The notes beneath the pieces are model-generated. The model ran no database searches, had not been told where the DNA came from, and worked only from the letters and a program-made list of their open reading frames with translations. 64,000 nucleotides of DNA from Nitrosopumilus sp. (GTDB taxonomy: Archaea; Thermoproteota; Nitrososphaeria; Nitrososphaerales; Nitrosopumilaceae), in NCBI GenBank assembly GCA_965206745.1, contig OZ242220.1, positions 192,001 through 256,000 of the forward strand, in the 5' to 3' direction. The position numbers and the translations under genes are program-made. Position 1 is the stretch's first letter; every line of letters starts with the position of its first letter. Below are positions 50,923-60,635 of the stretch, in pieces.

Positions 50923-52707
50923 GTGACTGGAAATACAATGCTGGCACTCTTTGCCGTGCTATGTGTAGGCATGATGATTATTCCAGCATATGCCGAATCC
51001 TCTCCACGGGAGCAACTCAGAGACGGCATTCCCATAAACCAGATTCAATGCGGTGAGGAAAAGACCCTCATACAGTCAACTGTAGGCAAGCCTGCATGCG
51101 TCTTTGATCCCACTTTGGAGAGACTCCTTGTGCGTGGATGGAGCATTATACCAGTGGTCCAGCCAACCCCTGAACCTCAAGTGGTATCAGGTACAGCGCC
51201 TGACCAACTGGTAGAAGAATATTCTCCTGAAGACGACATCATTTATTTGCTAGCTGATGGCCACATCACCACAAAGTATGCCCCAAAGCTGCCAGACCCT
51301 GACGCGGTGTGGTTTCCCATGTCCCTTGCAGATGCCGAGGTTGTACTGAAACGTCTTTTGGATGCATACGATGACAGGATTGTATTTTATGAGCAACCAA
51401 ATGATTATTGCCATACTTTGGGTACGTGTAGTGTTCCCAACAGTACTGGCATCTTTCAACCCTCTTTAGAGCGCAGTAACCATTACTTCTATGCTACAAA
51501 AAAGGGTGGTGAGGCTACATTAATCAAGAAGCATGTGTCTTATGAAGCAAGTCTTGATATTGATTCACCACATGTCATATCCAAGATGTCATACACCCTA
51601 CCCAAACGTATCCCATATGATCAACGAGAGGAGTTTATCGCCCCGTTTATGGCAAGGGCCGGATTTTATAATTCCGAGGTAACTACTGATCTAATTGACA
51701 AATTTACTATCAATGGAGGAATGCGACCCATACATGCATCTGATTCGATTTCCTTTTCAGGCAAGAAAGCAGGCACACTGATGAGATTCTCTGGCTGGAC
51801 AAACGATGCAGAATCACTTTACCAGTTACCTCTCAGTGGGGCTGAACTGGAAAGACGTGCACACGAATTTGCAAAAAAGCACTTACATCTAATTGATCCC
51901 GAATATTGCAAATCATTTGAGGAAAAACCTCTGATAGGACATTCAAGTATTACAGTCATGTCTGCAGGCACTATATTTGCCGACATGAAAGTAGGTAAGT
52001 GTATCAAGTCTGATGGCCGTACGAACTCGATCAATGTAACTATAGAGGCATTGGAAGGCAAGATCGCCTTTTTCACATCTCATTGGAATTTAGTCGAGGA
52101 CTGGTATGAAAAAATTGACATCCCAGAGTATGCCCTGACCCATTTGCAATCAAAAATACCGAAACAGCTAGGAGCAGCTAAACCAATATCGACAGTAGAA
52201 CCAATCATGGAAACATCAGCAGATGGCCTCTTTGAATCCTATTATCATGAAAATGGGAATTTGATAGATGAGAACTGGTACTATGAAAACGGAAATCCAA
52301 AAACCCAAAAAAAATACAATCTGTTTGGAAATGGAAATTTGGAACAGGAAACCCATTACTATGATGGTGATAACGGATTTATAAAATCTGACAAAAGATG
52401 GAATGAAGATGGACAATTATCAAGTGAGAAACAATGGCATGAAAATGGAAAAAGAAAATTCCAACGTTACTGGTATGATAATGGAGAATTATCAAGTGAA
52501 ATTATTTTGGTATACGATGAAAATTGGATAGCACAATCCTATCTAAGCAAAATTTATCATGACAATGGAAAATTAAACATCGAATCAAAACATGTTAAAT
52601 CAAAAAATCATGATAGGACACTCCCGAAATATTATAGTCATTACTATGCGACTGGAAAATTAGCTTATGAGATACACTATGACGATCATGGAAAAAAAAT
52701 TAGGTAG
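50923..52707 (+). CDS. Exported variable-domain MORN-repeat protein, copy D (solitary, most divergent)
   Basis: Full-length paralogue of copies A-C. Confidence 0.88.
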   Translation: MTGNTMLALFAVLCVGMMIIPAYAESSPREQLRDGIPINQIQCGEEKTLIQSTVGKPACVFDPTLERLLVRGWSIIPVVQPTPEPQVVSGTAPDQLVEEYSPEDDIIYLLADGHITTKYAPKLPDPDAVWFPMSLADAEVVLKRLLDAYDDRIVFYEQPNDYCHTLGTCSVPNSTGIFQPSLERSNHYFYATKKGGEATLIKKHVSYEASLDIDSPHVISKMSYTLPKRIPYDQREEFIAPFMARAGFYNSEVTTDLIDKFTINGGMRPIHASDSISFSGKKAGTLMRFSGWTNDAESLYQLPLSGAELERRAHEFAKKHLHLIDPEYCKSFEEKPLIGHSSITVMSAGTIFADMKVGKCIKSDGRTNSINVTIEALEGKIAFFTSHWNLVEDWYEKIDIPEYALTHLQSKIPKQLGAAKPISTVEPIMETSADGLFESYYHENGNLIDENWYYENGNPKTQKKYNLFGNGNLEQETHYYDGDNGFIKSDKRWNEDGQLSSEKQWHENGKRKFQRYWYDNGELSSEIILVYDENWIAQSYLSKIYHDNGKLNIESKHVKSKNHDRTLPKYYSHYYATGKLAYEIHYDDHGKKIR

Positions 52708-53061
52708 CTAGTGTTAAGAATGGAAATTTGACCAGCAAAGAAATCCTGTATGAACGGTATTATTTTTTACAAGCATCCCCTCCATTCTGGGTCTGTTCCC
52801 TCTGATCACTTTGAGGACGCATTTATTCCCAGATCAGATAATTCTCTAGTTTGTGTAAACCCCGGCTGCTGACAAGATAGTCTTGCATGGGTGTCGTCTT
52901 AATGACTGATATCGGATCAAAATCTCAAAAAATCGCAATTTATTTGCTAATTATTCCATGTTTTACTCTAAAAATTGATTATTTTGGAAAAGAGATCTCT
53001 GGTATTTTTTACGATACCAGATAACTTGAATGATTAAATAATGGATTATTAGATTCGTATC

Positions 53062-53397
53062 ATGAGCAGCATGGCCGAATCCAAAGTCACGGGAATTGTC
53101 AAATCCTTGAGTACCTTGGAGGATGATCTAGATTCCCTGAACAGCAAAGTTGGGGATATGAAAAAACAGCTATCTGTAAAGGCTATTGCTGAAATTGATA
53201 GTTTGCTAGAAAAAACTCGTGAAATGGCAACTAAAGAGGCCGAAGTAATCATCAATGCCTCAAAAGAAAAAGCAACTGCAGAATCCGTAAAAATCACCCA
53301 AGATGGCGATGCGAAACTATCTGAAATCCAGTCAAAAATTGATGCCAATTTTGATGAAGCAGTCAAACATGTGGTGTCAACAGTTTTGAAGGCATAA
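53062..53397 (+). CDS. Coiled-coil protein, A/V-type ATPase stalk subunit H/G-like
   Basis: EAEVIINASKEKATAES...NFDEAVKHVV pattern. Confidence 0.55.
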   Translation: MSSMAESKVTGIVKSLSTLEDDLDSLNSKVGDMKKQLSVKAIAEIDSLLEKTREMATKEAEVIINASKEKATAESVKITQDGDAKLSEIQSKIDANFDEAVKHVVSTVLKA

Positions 53398-53502
53398 ACC
53401 TAAATCTCATATCTCATTTAATCAGTTATAGATCCCTTACAGAACTCACGTATTGGAATTGCTACTACCTATGGCAAGCCATACTATGGATTTTCAACTC
53501 AT

Positions 53503-54081
53503 TTGAAGAGTCTCAACCTGTCCTTTGACTCTCTACTTCCAGAAGAAATTGAGGACTATTCTGGAGATTTCATACTTACGACTCGAAAGGAATCCCCTAA
53601 AAAATGTGAGAAAATTTTATTTTATGAGGATGTTCTTGAGCATCATCCCACCGTACTCCGAGGCCTGATGATGCAAAAATTTGATCCAAGCTTTGAGGAA
53701 AATAACCTGATTTTGGGAGTCGATCCCGGTCAGAGAATGGGCCTGTCCATATTTTACTATAGCGTGGAAATTGAGAGCTCAGTTCACAATTCCATTGAAG
53801 ACCTGGTCTTTCATATTATCGGGATCTTGGGCGGTCTTGGGGCAAAAAGAAAAATTCTAAAGATTGGAGACGGAAATATGCATGTTGCAGAACAAATTGT
53901 AAAAATGCTCAACCTAAAGTTCTGCTCATCATTTGAATTGGAGTTTGTAGATGAAAGAGGGACGAGCATGAAGATTAAGAATTTCAACCAGAGAGGAAAA
54001 CGAGACATGCTTTCGGCAAAATATATTTCCCAACGAGAGGGACACAGGCGTTTAATCCTTCCATTATCGATTACTGGTTAA
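53503..54081 (+). CDS. Conserved hypothetical protein with RNase H-like motif
   Basis: LILGVDPGQRMG, KIGDG, FVDERGTS, RDMLSA. Confidence 0.7.
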   Translation: MKSLNLSFDSLLPEEIEDYSGDFILTTRKESPKKCEKILFYEDVLEHHPTVLRGLMMQKFDPSFEENNLILGVDPGQRMGLSIFYYSVEIESSVHNSIEDLVFHIIGILGGLGAKRKILKIGDGNMHVAEQIVKMLNLKFCSSFELEFVDERGTSMKIKNFNQRGKRDMLSAKYISQREGHRRLILPLSITG

Positions 54082-54406
54082 TGATGTTCTCTGAAACAGT
54101 TCCTGCTAGAACGCCTGCTGATCTGGGCATCGCATTTGTGGGGATAATTGTATTATAAATTCTCATTAGTTTTTTATAAAAAAATGAAATTTTTCATCAA
54201 ACACGTATATTGACACATGTTATTTTTTCAAGAAATATTGTTTTGAAATCAGCTATACATATTTATTGTTGATTTTGTGTTTTTATTTGAAAATAATAAT
54301 TTTAATTGGTGATAAATATGAAATATTTATAATAAATTTGAAGATTTTATGTAAGATTTATCGATCCATGCTTATATAGTTATGAATTCTATATGATAAT
54401 ACCAAG

Positions 54407-54886
54407 ATGACTTGTAAAGGAATTTGTGTTAGATATAAGGCTCAAAAGCCTGTTGGCACCGGAAGATATGCTTCTGGACAACGTCGATGCCAGATTTGTG
54501 AAATTTTCATCAAATGGGAAGGACTTTGGTGTCCATGCTGTGGCTATAGATTAAGAACAAAGCCACGTAACTTAAAGTACAAAGCAAAATTACGGGCTAG
54601 AGTTGAGGCTGATTCTATGGAGGCTGCCGCAGCTACTGAAATTGAATCAGAAGTTCAAGAAGTAACTGTCAAGGCAAAATCCAAGGCAAAAACAAAAGCA
54701 ACCAAGGCAAAAACAGCTAAAGCAAAAGCAGCAAAATCCAAAGCAAAGGCAAAAACTAAGGTAAAAACTCCATGCAAACACTGTGAAAAACTCTTTGTTT
54801 ATCCAGACAAGCATGAGAAGAATTGCAAAAAAAACCCCAAAGTAGTTGCTTCCCAAAAAAGTGAAACAATAGCAATAAAAGCATAG
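54407..54886 (+). CDS. Thaumarchaeal Cys-rich zinc-finger protein with Lys/Ala-rich linker
   Basis: CKGIC..RCQICE..CPCCGYRLR; KAK repeats; CKHC..H..C. Confidence 0.8.
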   Translation: MTCKGICVRYKAQKPVGTGRYASGQRRCQICEIFIKWEGLWCPCCGYRLRTKPRNLKYKAKLRARVEADSMEAAAATEIESEVQEVTVKAKSKAKTKATKAKTAKAKAAKSKAKAKTKVKTPCKHCEKLFVYPDKHEKNCKKNPKVVASQKSETIAIKA

Positions 54887-54902
54887 GATTTGTTCATATA
54901 GC

Positions 54903-55247
54903 TTGTTGACCTCTCCAAATGGATTTTTCCATAAAATGGTAAATTTGGAGAGTCGAAATTTTTCTTTACAAATTCAAAAATTTGAAAATGGTTATTTTAT
55001 TTCAGTCACAGAGGGCTCCAACAAGCTAGGTTCGATGGTGGTTTCACTGGCAACCGGACCCACGCCGATCACAACCACCATAATTCCATCCATCTCCGAA
55101 TCCCTTTTTCTCAAACTTGTTGCCGAACGAATCAGCACCCGCATGAGGGGAATTGCCTTGGTCTCTACTTTTATTGAGAAACCGTTAGAGTCTGGCACGG
55201 CAAAAGCCTTAATGACTGAAATTATGGAGATGATTGAGAATGAGTGA
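54903..55247 (+). CDS. Conserved hypothetical protein (proteasome-assembly-chaperone-like, tentative)
   Basis: ORF coupled to the UbiD gene; FENGYFISVTEG..LGSM. Confidence 0.55.
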   Translation: MLTSPNGFFHKMVNLESRNFSLQIQKFENGYFISVTEGSNKLGSMVVSLATGPTPITTTIIPSISESLFLKLVAERISTRMRGIALVSTFIEKPLESGTAKALMTEIMEMIENE

Positions 55248-56568
55248 TCTTAGAAGCTACATATCACAGATTAAAAAAACAAACCAACTCAAGACTGTAA
55301 AATCCCTAGTCTCGACAAAATATGAGATTGCCGGAATCACCGCCAAGGTTGACGGATCTTATGCTGTACTGTTTGAAAAAATCAAAGAGAGTGACTTTAG
55401 ACTGGTTTCCAATTTGGTTGGAACACGAAAGCGATTTGGTGTCGCAGTCGGGGGCTCTGAATCCAACATCCACGAGAAGGTGATCTCGGCAATCAAGAAA
55501 GCTAGAAAACCCAAAATAATTCCTGCAGGAAAGTTCATGGAAAACAAGTCAAAAGACCTTCTTTCTCTGCCTGTTGTAACTCATTTTGAAAAAGAGTCAG
55601 GCCCATTTATCACATCATCTATAGCATATGCAAAAAATCCTGAGACTGGAAAACAAAATTCCTCCTTTCATAGATTGATGCCAATTGACAAAACCCACCT
55701 CTCCATAAGGATGGTTGAAGGGCGGCACCTTCACAGATGTTTTGTTGATGCAAAGGAACATGGCGAGGATCTCAAAATTGCAGTCACCGTGGGCGTTCAT
55801 CCTGCAATTTCAATTGCTGGCGCATATCAGGCCGACTGGGGGAAGGATGAGATTGAGATTGCAAACTCGCTGCTTGGAGGAGAACTGACCCTGGCCAAGC
55901 TGCCTTTTTCGGGATTGAATGTCCCATCAGGTTCAGAGATTGTAATGGAGGGGAAAATTTTACGTGACAAAACCCATCCCGAATGGATGGTTGAGATGCT
56001 TCAGACATATGATCACAGGAGATCCCAGCCTGTCTTTGAGCTTGAAAATCTCTATTTTAGGAACAATCCAATCTTTCATGATGTCCTGTCTGGATATTCA
56101 GAGCACAGGCTGCTGATGGGAATGCCAATTGAATCAAAACTGAATGGGGAGTTAAAGAAATCATTCCCTCAAACCAAGCAGGTCTCAATGACCAACGGGG
56201 GGTGCAACTGGCTGCATGCAGTGGTCCAGATTAAAAAGAAGAGTGATTCGGATCCCAAGAAAATTATCAAAAAGACATTCGAATCGCATCGCTCATTAAA
56301 GCAAGTGACGATAGTTGATCAAGACATTGATCCCAACAGTGCAGAATCCGTAGAATACGCAATGGCCACGAGGTTTCAGGCCGATAAGGATCTGGTCATT
56401 CTCAAAAATGTTCGTGGCTCTAGTCTGGATCCCTCAAGCAATCAGGAAAAATTACAAACTGCAAAGATGGGCATAGATGCAACCAGGCCTCTCTCCAAGC
56501 GTCCAGAGGGGTTTGAGTTGGCCAAAATACCGAAAATTGACAAGGTGAAACTCGAGAAATATTTCTAG
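55240..56568 (+). CDS. UbiD-family prenyl-FMN decarboxylase (candidate anhydromevalonate-phosphate decarboxylase)
   Basis: EIVMEG, EH.LLMG, GGCNWLH, VDQDIDP, RGSSLDPS, KMGIDAT; substrate inferred. Confidence 0.88.
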   Translation: MSDLRSYISQIKKTNQLKTVKSLVSTKYEIAGITAKVDGSYAVLFEKIKESDFRLVSNLVGTRKRFGVAVGGSESNIHEKVISAIKKARKPKIIPAGKFMENKSKDLLSLPVVTHFEKESGPFITSSIAYAKNPETGKQNSSFHRLMPIDKTHLSIRMVEGRHLHRCFVDAKEHGEDLKIAVTVGVHPAISIAGAYQADWGKDEIEIANSLLGGELTLAKLPFSGLNVPSGSEIVMEGKILRDKTHPEWMVEMLQTYDHRRSQPVFELENLYFRNNPIFHDVLSGYSEHRLLMGMPIESKLNGELKKSFPQTKQVSMTNGGCNWLHAVVQIKKKSDSDPKKIIKKTFESHRSLKQVTIVDQDIDPNSAESVEYAMATRFQADKDLVILKNVRGSSLDPSSNQEKLQTAKMGIDATRPLSKRPEGFELAKIPKIDKVKLEKYF

Positions 56569-56613
56569 TCCCAAACTGGTTCAATTAAATTAAGAGCAAT
56601 AGTTAGGTAAAAA

Positions 56614-57102
56614 ATGCCGCCAGAAAATCCCAGCGTGTCAGAGAAAAGTCCTTCAGAGTCACAGGCCAGGGTCATCGTCCGAATGTTTCCTTCAGATGCA
56701 AATCCGGCAGGAAATGTCTTTGGAGGGGAGATTCTAAAACATATTGACATGGTGGCAGGAATCGTTGCCCAACGTCACAGTCAGTCAAATGCCGTTACCG
56801 TATCTATGGACAGTGTGAATTTTTTGAAGCCGGTACTTGTAGGAAATGTCCTCTCATTGGATGCCCGGATAAACTATGTTCATAACTCATCAATGGAGAT
56901 AGAGGTCAGAGCCGAAGCTGAAGATATCGTGACTGGAATTCGGACTGTTACTGGAACCGCCTTTGTAACGTTTGTGGCACTTGGCAAAGATGGAAAGCCT
57001 GCACTTGTTCCCAAACTAGCCCTGAAAACAGACGATGATAGGACAAAGTTTGAAGAAGGCAGAGTCCGCATGGATGACAGACTAAAAAATCGCCGAAAAT
57101 AA
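56614..57102 (+). CDS. Acyl-CoA thioesterase (hotdog fold)
   Basis: DANPAGNVFGGEIL..D, VTVSMD, SSMEI, FVAL. Confidence 0.92.
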   Translation: MPPENPSVSEKSPSESQARVIVRMFPSDANPAGNVFGGEILKHIDMVAGIVAQRHSQSNAVTVSMDSVNFLKPVLVGNVLSLDARINYVHNSSMEIEVRAEAEDIVTGIRTVTGTAFVTFVALGKDGKPALVPKLALKTDDDRTKFEEGRVRMDDRLKNRRK

Positions 57103-57167
57103 GTCTCAGAGAATTCCAAACCTGTAAGATATGATTACTCGTATTCAGGATTGGAATCCCATGAAAT

Positions 57168-57542
57168 ATGGAAGATGATATTTTAAGATTTAGTTTGTCA
57201 ATTTCTAAATCAAATCACGGTATGACAAATTCAATAATGTATAATGTTTTAGGGTTTGACTGTTTCTCATTTTCTAGAAGAACATCTACTGTTACAGAAT
57301 CTAAAAGATTAGTTGCACTAAATAGATTATATTTTGATACTCTAACCAAAGACACTAAATTAATCTGTGTGTTAAGTGGAGAAAATCTTTATGATTCTTC
57401 ACAAAAATTCAAAGAATCTCACTATGAATATTTACCAATCCACATCCATGATATAGTACGATTAAATCAATTATTAAAGAAATTGCATCTCATTCACATC
57501 GACAAAAAATTAATAAAATTATTTGGGGATAGATTTTTTTAG
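57168..57542 (+). CDS. Orphan hypothetical protein, AT-rich
   Basis: 124-aa ATG ORF in visibly AT-rich DNA. Confidence 0.45.
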   Translation: MEDDILRFSLSISKSNHGMTNSIMYNVLGFDCFSFSRRTSTVTESKRLVALNRLYFDTLTKDTKLICVLSGENLYDSSQKFKESHYEYLPIHIHDIVRLNQLLKKLHLIHIDKKLIKLFGDRFF

Positions 57543-57803
57543 CTTTTTTCTTTTCTCAAATAATTCTGGAGCATTATTAATTAATTTACCCAAACTCATA
57601 TTCATATATTGAATATGTAATTCCCATGATTTATGTTTGAATTCTAACTCTTTTTCTGTATTTTTCAAATGTTTACATGATTCTATTTTACATCTACATA
57701 TTCTATGTTTATCAAAATAATTACGAAATGATTCTTTTTCATTTCTAAGTTTTTTATAATTTTTTTTCCACTGTTTGTATGTAAAATTAGTTTGATCACT
57801 CAA
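57519..57803 (-). CDS. Orphan basic hypothetical protein, AT-rich
   Basis: 94-aa ORF convergent with and overlapping 57168..57542. Confidence 0.45.
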   Translation of the reverse strand: MSDQTNFTYKQWKKNYKKLRNEKESFRNYFDKHRICRCKIESCKHLKNTEKELEFKHKSWELHIQYMNMSLGKLINNAPELFEKRKKLKKSIPK

Positions 57804-58027
57804 GGATCCTATGTAAGGGAACTGTGACTTATTGATCTATTGGTTCTATTTTTTTTACCAATACTCAATGAAATGTTCGTAAATTATTGTTAGAATTAAA
57901 ATGATGAGATACTTTGTGAGATTATGTCAATTGAACACATTATCCACTTACCTAAACAATTGAATTTGTCTAGTAAGAAGTTGATTGCTGAAAAAGAATA
58001 ATATTTCTTGCTCTGGTAAGTCCGCCT

Positions 58028-58163
58028 GTGTTCTCACTCCACTGCAAAGTCAGTGTGTTTTCAGCATGTGACTATGAATGTATGATCTGAAATATAGATC
58101 TTATTCTGATTCAAAATTCTCGATTTTAGTCAAAGTGATCTGATCACTGTTTTACATCTGGTA
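58028..58163 (+). repeat. Longest copy of the dispersed repeat, ending in palindrome core AGTGATC-T-GATCACT (58134-58148)
   Basis: Aligns with 32963-33058 (reverse complement), 28997-29071 and the 47-bp element core. Confidence 0.7.
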
Positions 58164-58337
58164 CTAAAACTATTAATACGATATTAGACTAGTGAAAATG
58201 ATGGTTTGTTGCATGACATGTTTAGACGGTAATGAATTATCATGCCTAAAATCAGAGTCATACAAAGCAAAAAATAACTTTCACTTATCTCTACCCAATC
58301 TTGTATTTTCACCACTTGCCAATGTTGTTGTTAGTTA

Positions 58338-58751
58338 ATGTCTGAACAGTCAAAAAATAATGAATGGGATTCCTTGTGGCAAGAGTATACCAAATCCCTT
58401 GAAAATTGGAAATCCCTTTTTGAGCAAATTCAAAATGCAAGTAAAGACATGCAATTCAAATTCAATGATGTTTGGGAGAAGGCAAATGTTGAGTCAAATG
58501 CTGAAACCATAAAGCTGTTTGGAGAAAACTGGCAAAAAGCCCTCAGCGATGTCGGAATGAACTCTTTTAAAGAGTTCACAGAAAACTGGCAAAAAGCCCT
58601 CAATGACACCAATGCATCTGTCTTCAAACAGTTTGCCGAAAACTGGCAAAAGAACCTGGGCTCATCTGCCTTGGAACAGATGAATGCTTACGGTGAAATG
58701 ATGAAAAAATTCGCTGAAACCTGGGCCTCGATGTGGCCAAAATCCCAATAA
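58338..58751 (+). CDS. Trp-rich helical protein with FxENWQK repeats
   Basis: Three ENWQK repeats; amphipathic pattern. Confidence 0.7.
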   Translation: MSEQSKNNEWDSLWQEYTKSLENWKSLFEQIQNASKDMQFKFNDVWEKANVESNAETIKLFGENWQKALSDVGMNSFKEFTENWQKALNDTNASVFKQFAENWQKNLGSSALEQMNAYGEMMKKFAETWASMWPKSQ

Positions 58752-58772
58752 CATACCACTGTAGAACGATCC

Positions 58773-59450
58773 CTATCTGATCAGTTCTCTGATTTTTTTC
58801 CTTGATTCCTCAACCAGTCTTCTCATTACGGGAATGTAAATTTCTGCCGTGTAGATGATCTCGACATCTTTATGGTTTTCAATATCCAGGAATGCCGATG
58901 CAATAACCTGCTCTCCCTTAACCTTGGGCTCATTTTTTTCACGTCTCTTGTGATTGATGATCTCCAAAAATATTGGCAACTGCCTTTTAATTTCAGATTC
59001 TAATTCATATTTGGAACGTATCTTTTCCTGACTCAGGCCGACTCTGATCTGCTGCTTGATGTCGTCCTTGTATCTGTCTGTGGCTCTGATCATAATTTTA
59101 ATTTCGGGCAATTTTTGGAATTTATCTCTAAAGTTACATATGTCATTGATAAAACTTGGATATGGATTCCTATGCTCCTCGATGTATCTAATTTTAAACC
59201 ATTCTGAAAACTCTATGGCATCCTTGTCATCTTTTAATTTTGCTTTTTCAGCAAAGTTTTTTTCAGTAATCGGATCTGATAGAAATAGTCCAAAATCCCT
59301 GTTGGCTTCTTTGAAGATACCTGCAATGGTGTCATCCCTTAGACTGATGTACTGGTCAAAAAAATACCTCACGTAGAATGGATCAGGATCATACTGTTTA
59401 ATCTGTTTTAAGGAAATCTCACACTTTTCTATTGTCTCTTCAATGTCCAT
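58773..59450 (-). CDS. Conserved hypothetical protein
   Basis: 225-aa ATG ORF, co-directional with its neighbour. Confidence 0.7.
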   Translation of the reverse strand: MDIEETIEKCEISLKQIKQYDPDPFYVRYFFDQYISLRDDTIAGIFKEANRDFGLFLSDPITEKNFAEKAKLKDDKDAIEFSEWFKIRYIEEHRNPYPSFINDICNFRDKFQKLPEIKIMIRATDRYKDDIKQQIRVGLSQEKIRSKYELESEIKRQLPIFLEIINHKRREKNEPKVKGEQVIASAFLDIENHKDVEIIYTAEIYIPVMRRLVEESRKKIRELIR

Positions 59451-59461
59451 TTGAATTTACT

Positions 59462-59830
59462 CTATTCCAAATTGGTATATTTTGATTGGGATTTCAAGCT
59501 GACAGCCAATTCTTTAAAAATCTCATTTACGCTAACATCGACTAAATTTATCGTGGCGTTCTCTTTGACAATCTGTTTCTCATATTTCTCTTTGATTGCA
59601 AATGACACTGACGACCAATGCAGTATGCCCTTTAACTGTTCATCCACTGTGGTATTGGTTGTTGGAAAATTTGCCGGAGAGAAGACAATTCCGTTTGTCC
59701 ATTGCATTGTGGGAATTCCTCCCCCCGATGATCGCGTGCTAAATGCTATCTGTTTAACCCAATCTTCAAACTGGTATTCAATTACTTCGTGAATAACCAA
59801 TTTTTTCCATGGTTCGATAGAAATTTCCAT
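59462..59830 (-). CDS. Conserved archaeal hypothetical protein
   Basis: PWKKLVIHEVIEY..WTNGIVF..HWSSVSFA. Confidence 0.75.
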   Translation of the reverse strand: MEISIEPWKKLVIHEVIEYQFEDWVKQIAFSTRSSGGGIPTMQWTNGIVFSPANFPTTNTTVDEQLKGILHWSSVSFAIKEKYEKQIVKENATINLVDVSVNEIFKELAVSLKSQSKYTNLE

Positions 59831-60019
59831 TTATTTTGATTATACGGCGCTGATTATAACCCTATTTTTTGTGCCTATCCCCGGTCACATATTTTGTGAT
59901 TTTACCCCTGTTTTGACAGGTTTAATTTTTACCAGCTGGCATTTGAGCAATTGCTGCCTAGTAGTCTAATTATTTTTTGTAATGAGGCTGACTGCTCACT
60001 TGGTTTTCAAGGCTAGCTA

Positions 60020-60600
60020 TGATTTTGAACATTTGATTTTAATCATGCAACATCAAGATTCGGCAGCGGAATTATTGGTGAGAAAAAACCAGCAGATCCT
60101 TTAGCAGTTGCCTCAGACATTGGGAATGGGTTTATCCACATTACAATTTACAGTAAAAGAAATTCTTGTAAGCAGGGAAACACGATTCGGACATTCTTAA
60201 TTGGATCTGGTCCTTTGAATATACAAAATGAATCTGGATCATTTGGGAGATACGCCGGAATCCTCATCTGTAGAATCAGTTGCAACTGAGCAACTAGTTC
60301 TTGTGCCTTAATCTGCATCTGAATCAGAGGAAGCTACTGAGCAGTTGGCCAAAGTGAAGAAACTAGAAAAAGAGATTAACAAACTAGAGACACCATAACA
60401 TGAAATTCTCAAAACATTACGAAAACAAGAAGCTTGATGATGTCAAAGACAGGCTTTATGATTCAGGTTGGAACCAAAGCCATCCGGATAACCCTGTACG
60501 GAAAGCATACTGTGTAAGGCAAGATCCATTAAAAATCCGAAAGCCGCCATGAAAAATGCAAGATTGATTAAAAGAATTGCTCTGTAAGGTATTTAGAATT
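60020..60600. pseudogene. Probable gene remnants
   Basis: Plus frame with in-frame stops ending AKVKKLEKEINKLETP*HEILKTLRKQEA*; hydrophobic minus-strand fragment with an internal stop. Confidence 0.3.
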
Positions 60601-60635
60601 GTTAAAATGAAAAAATAAAAACTTGTATGTGATAA

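Noticed and set aside
53420-53502. Non-canonical start for the RNase H-like gene
   Set aside because: The frame is open upstream (QNSRIGIATTYGKPYY) without ATG/GTG/TTG, but the start cannot be resolved without orthologues
54150-54400. Replication origin
   Set aside because: AT-rich, but no ORB-like repeats or adjacent cdc6/orc1
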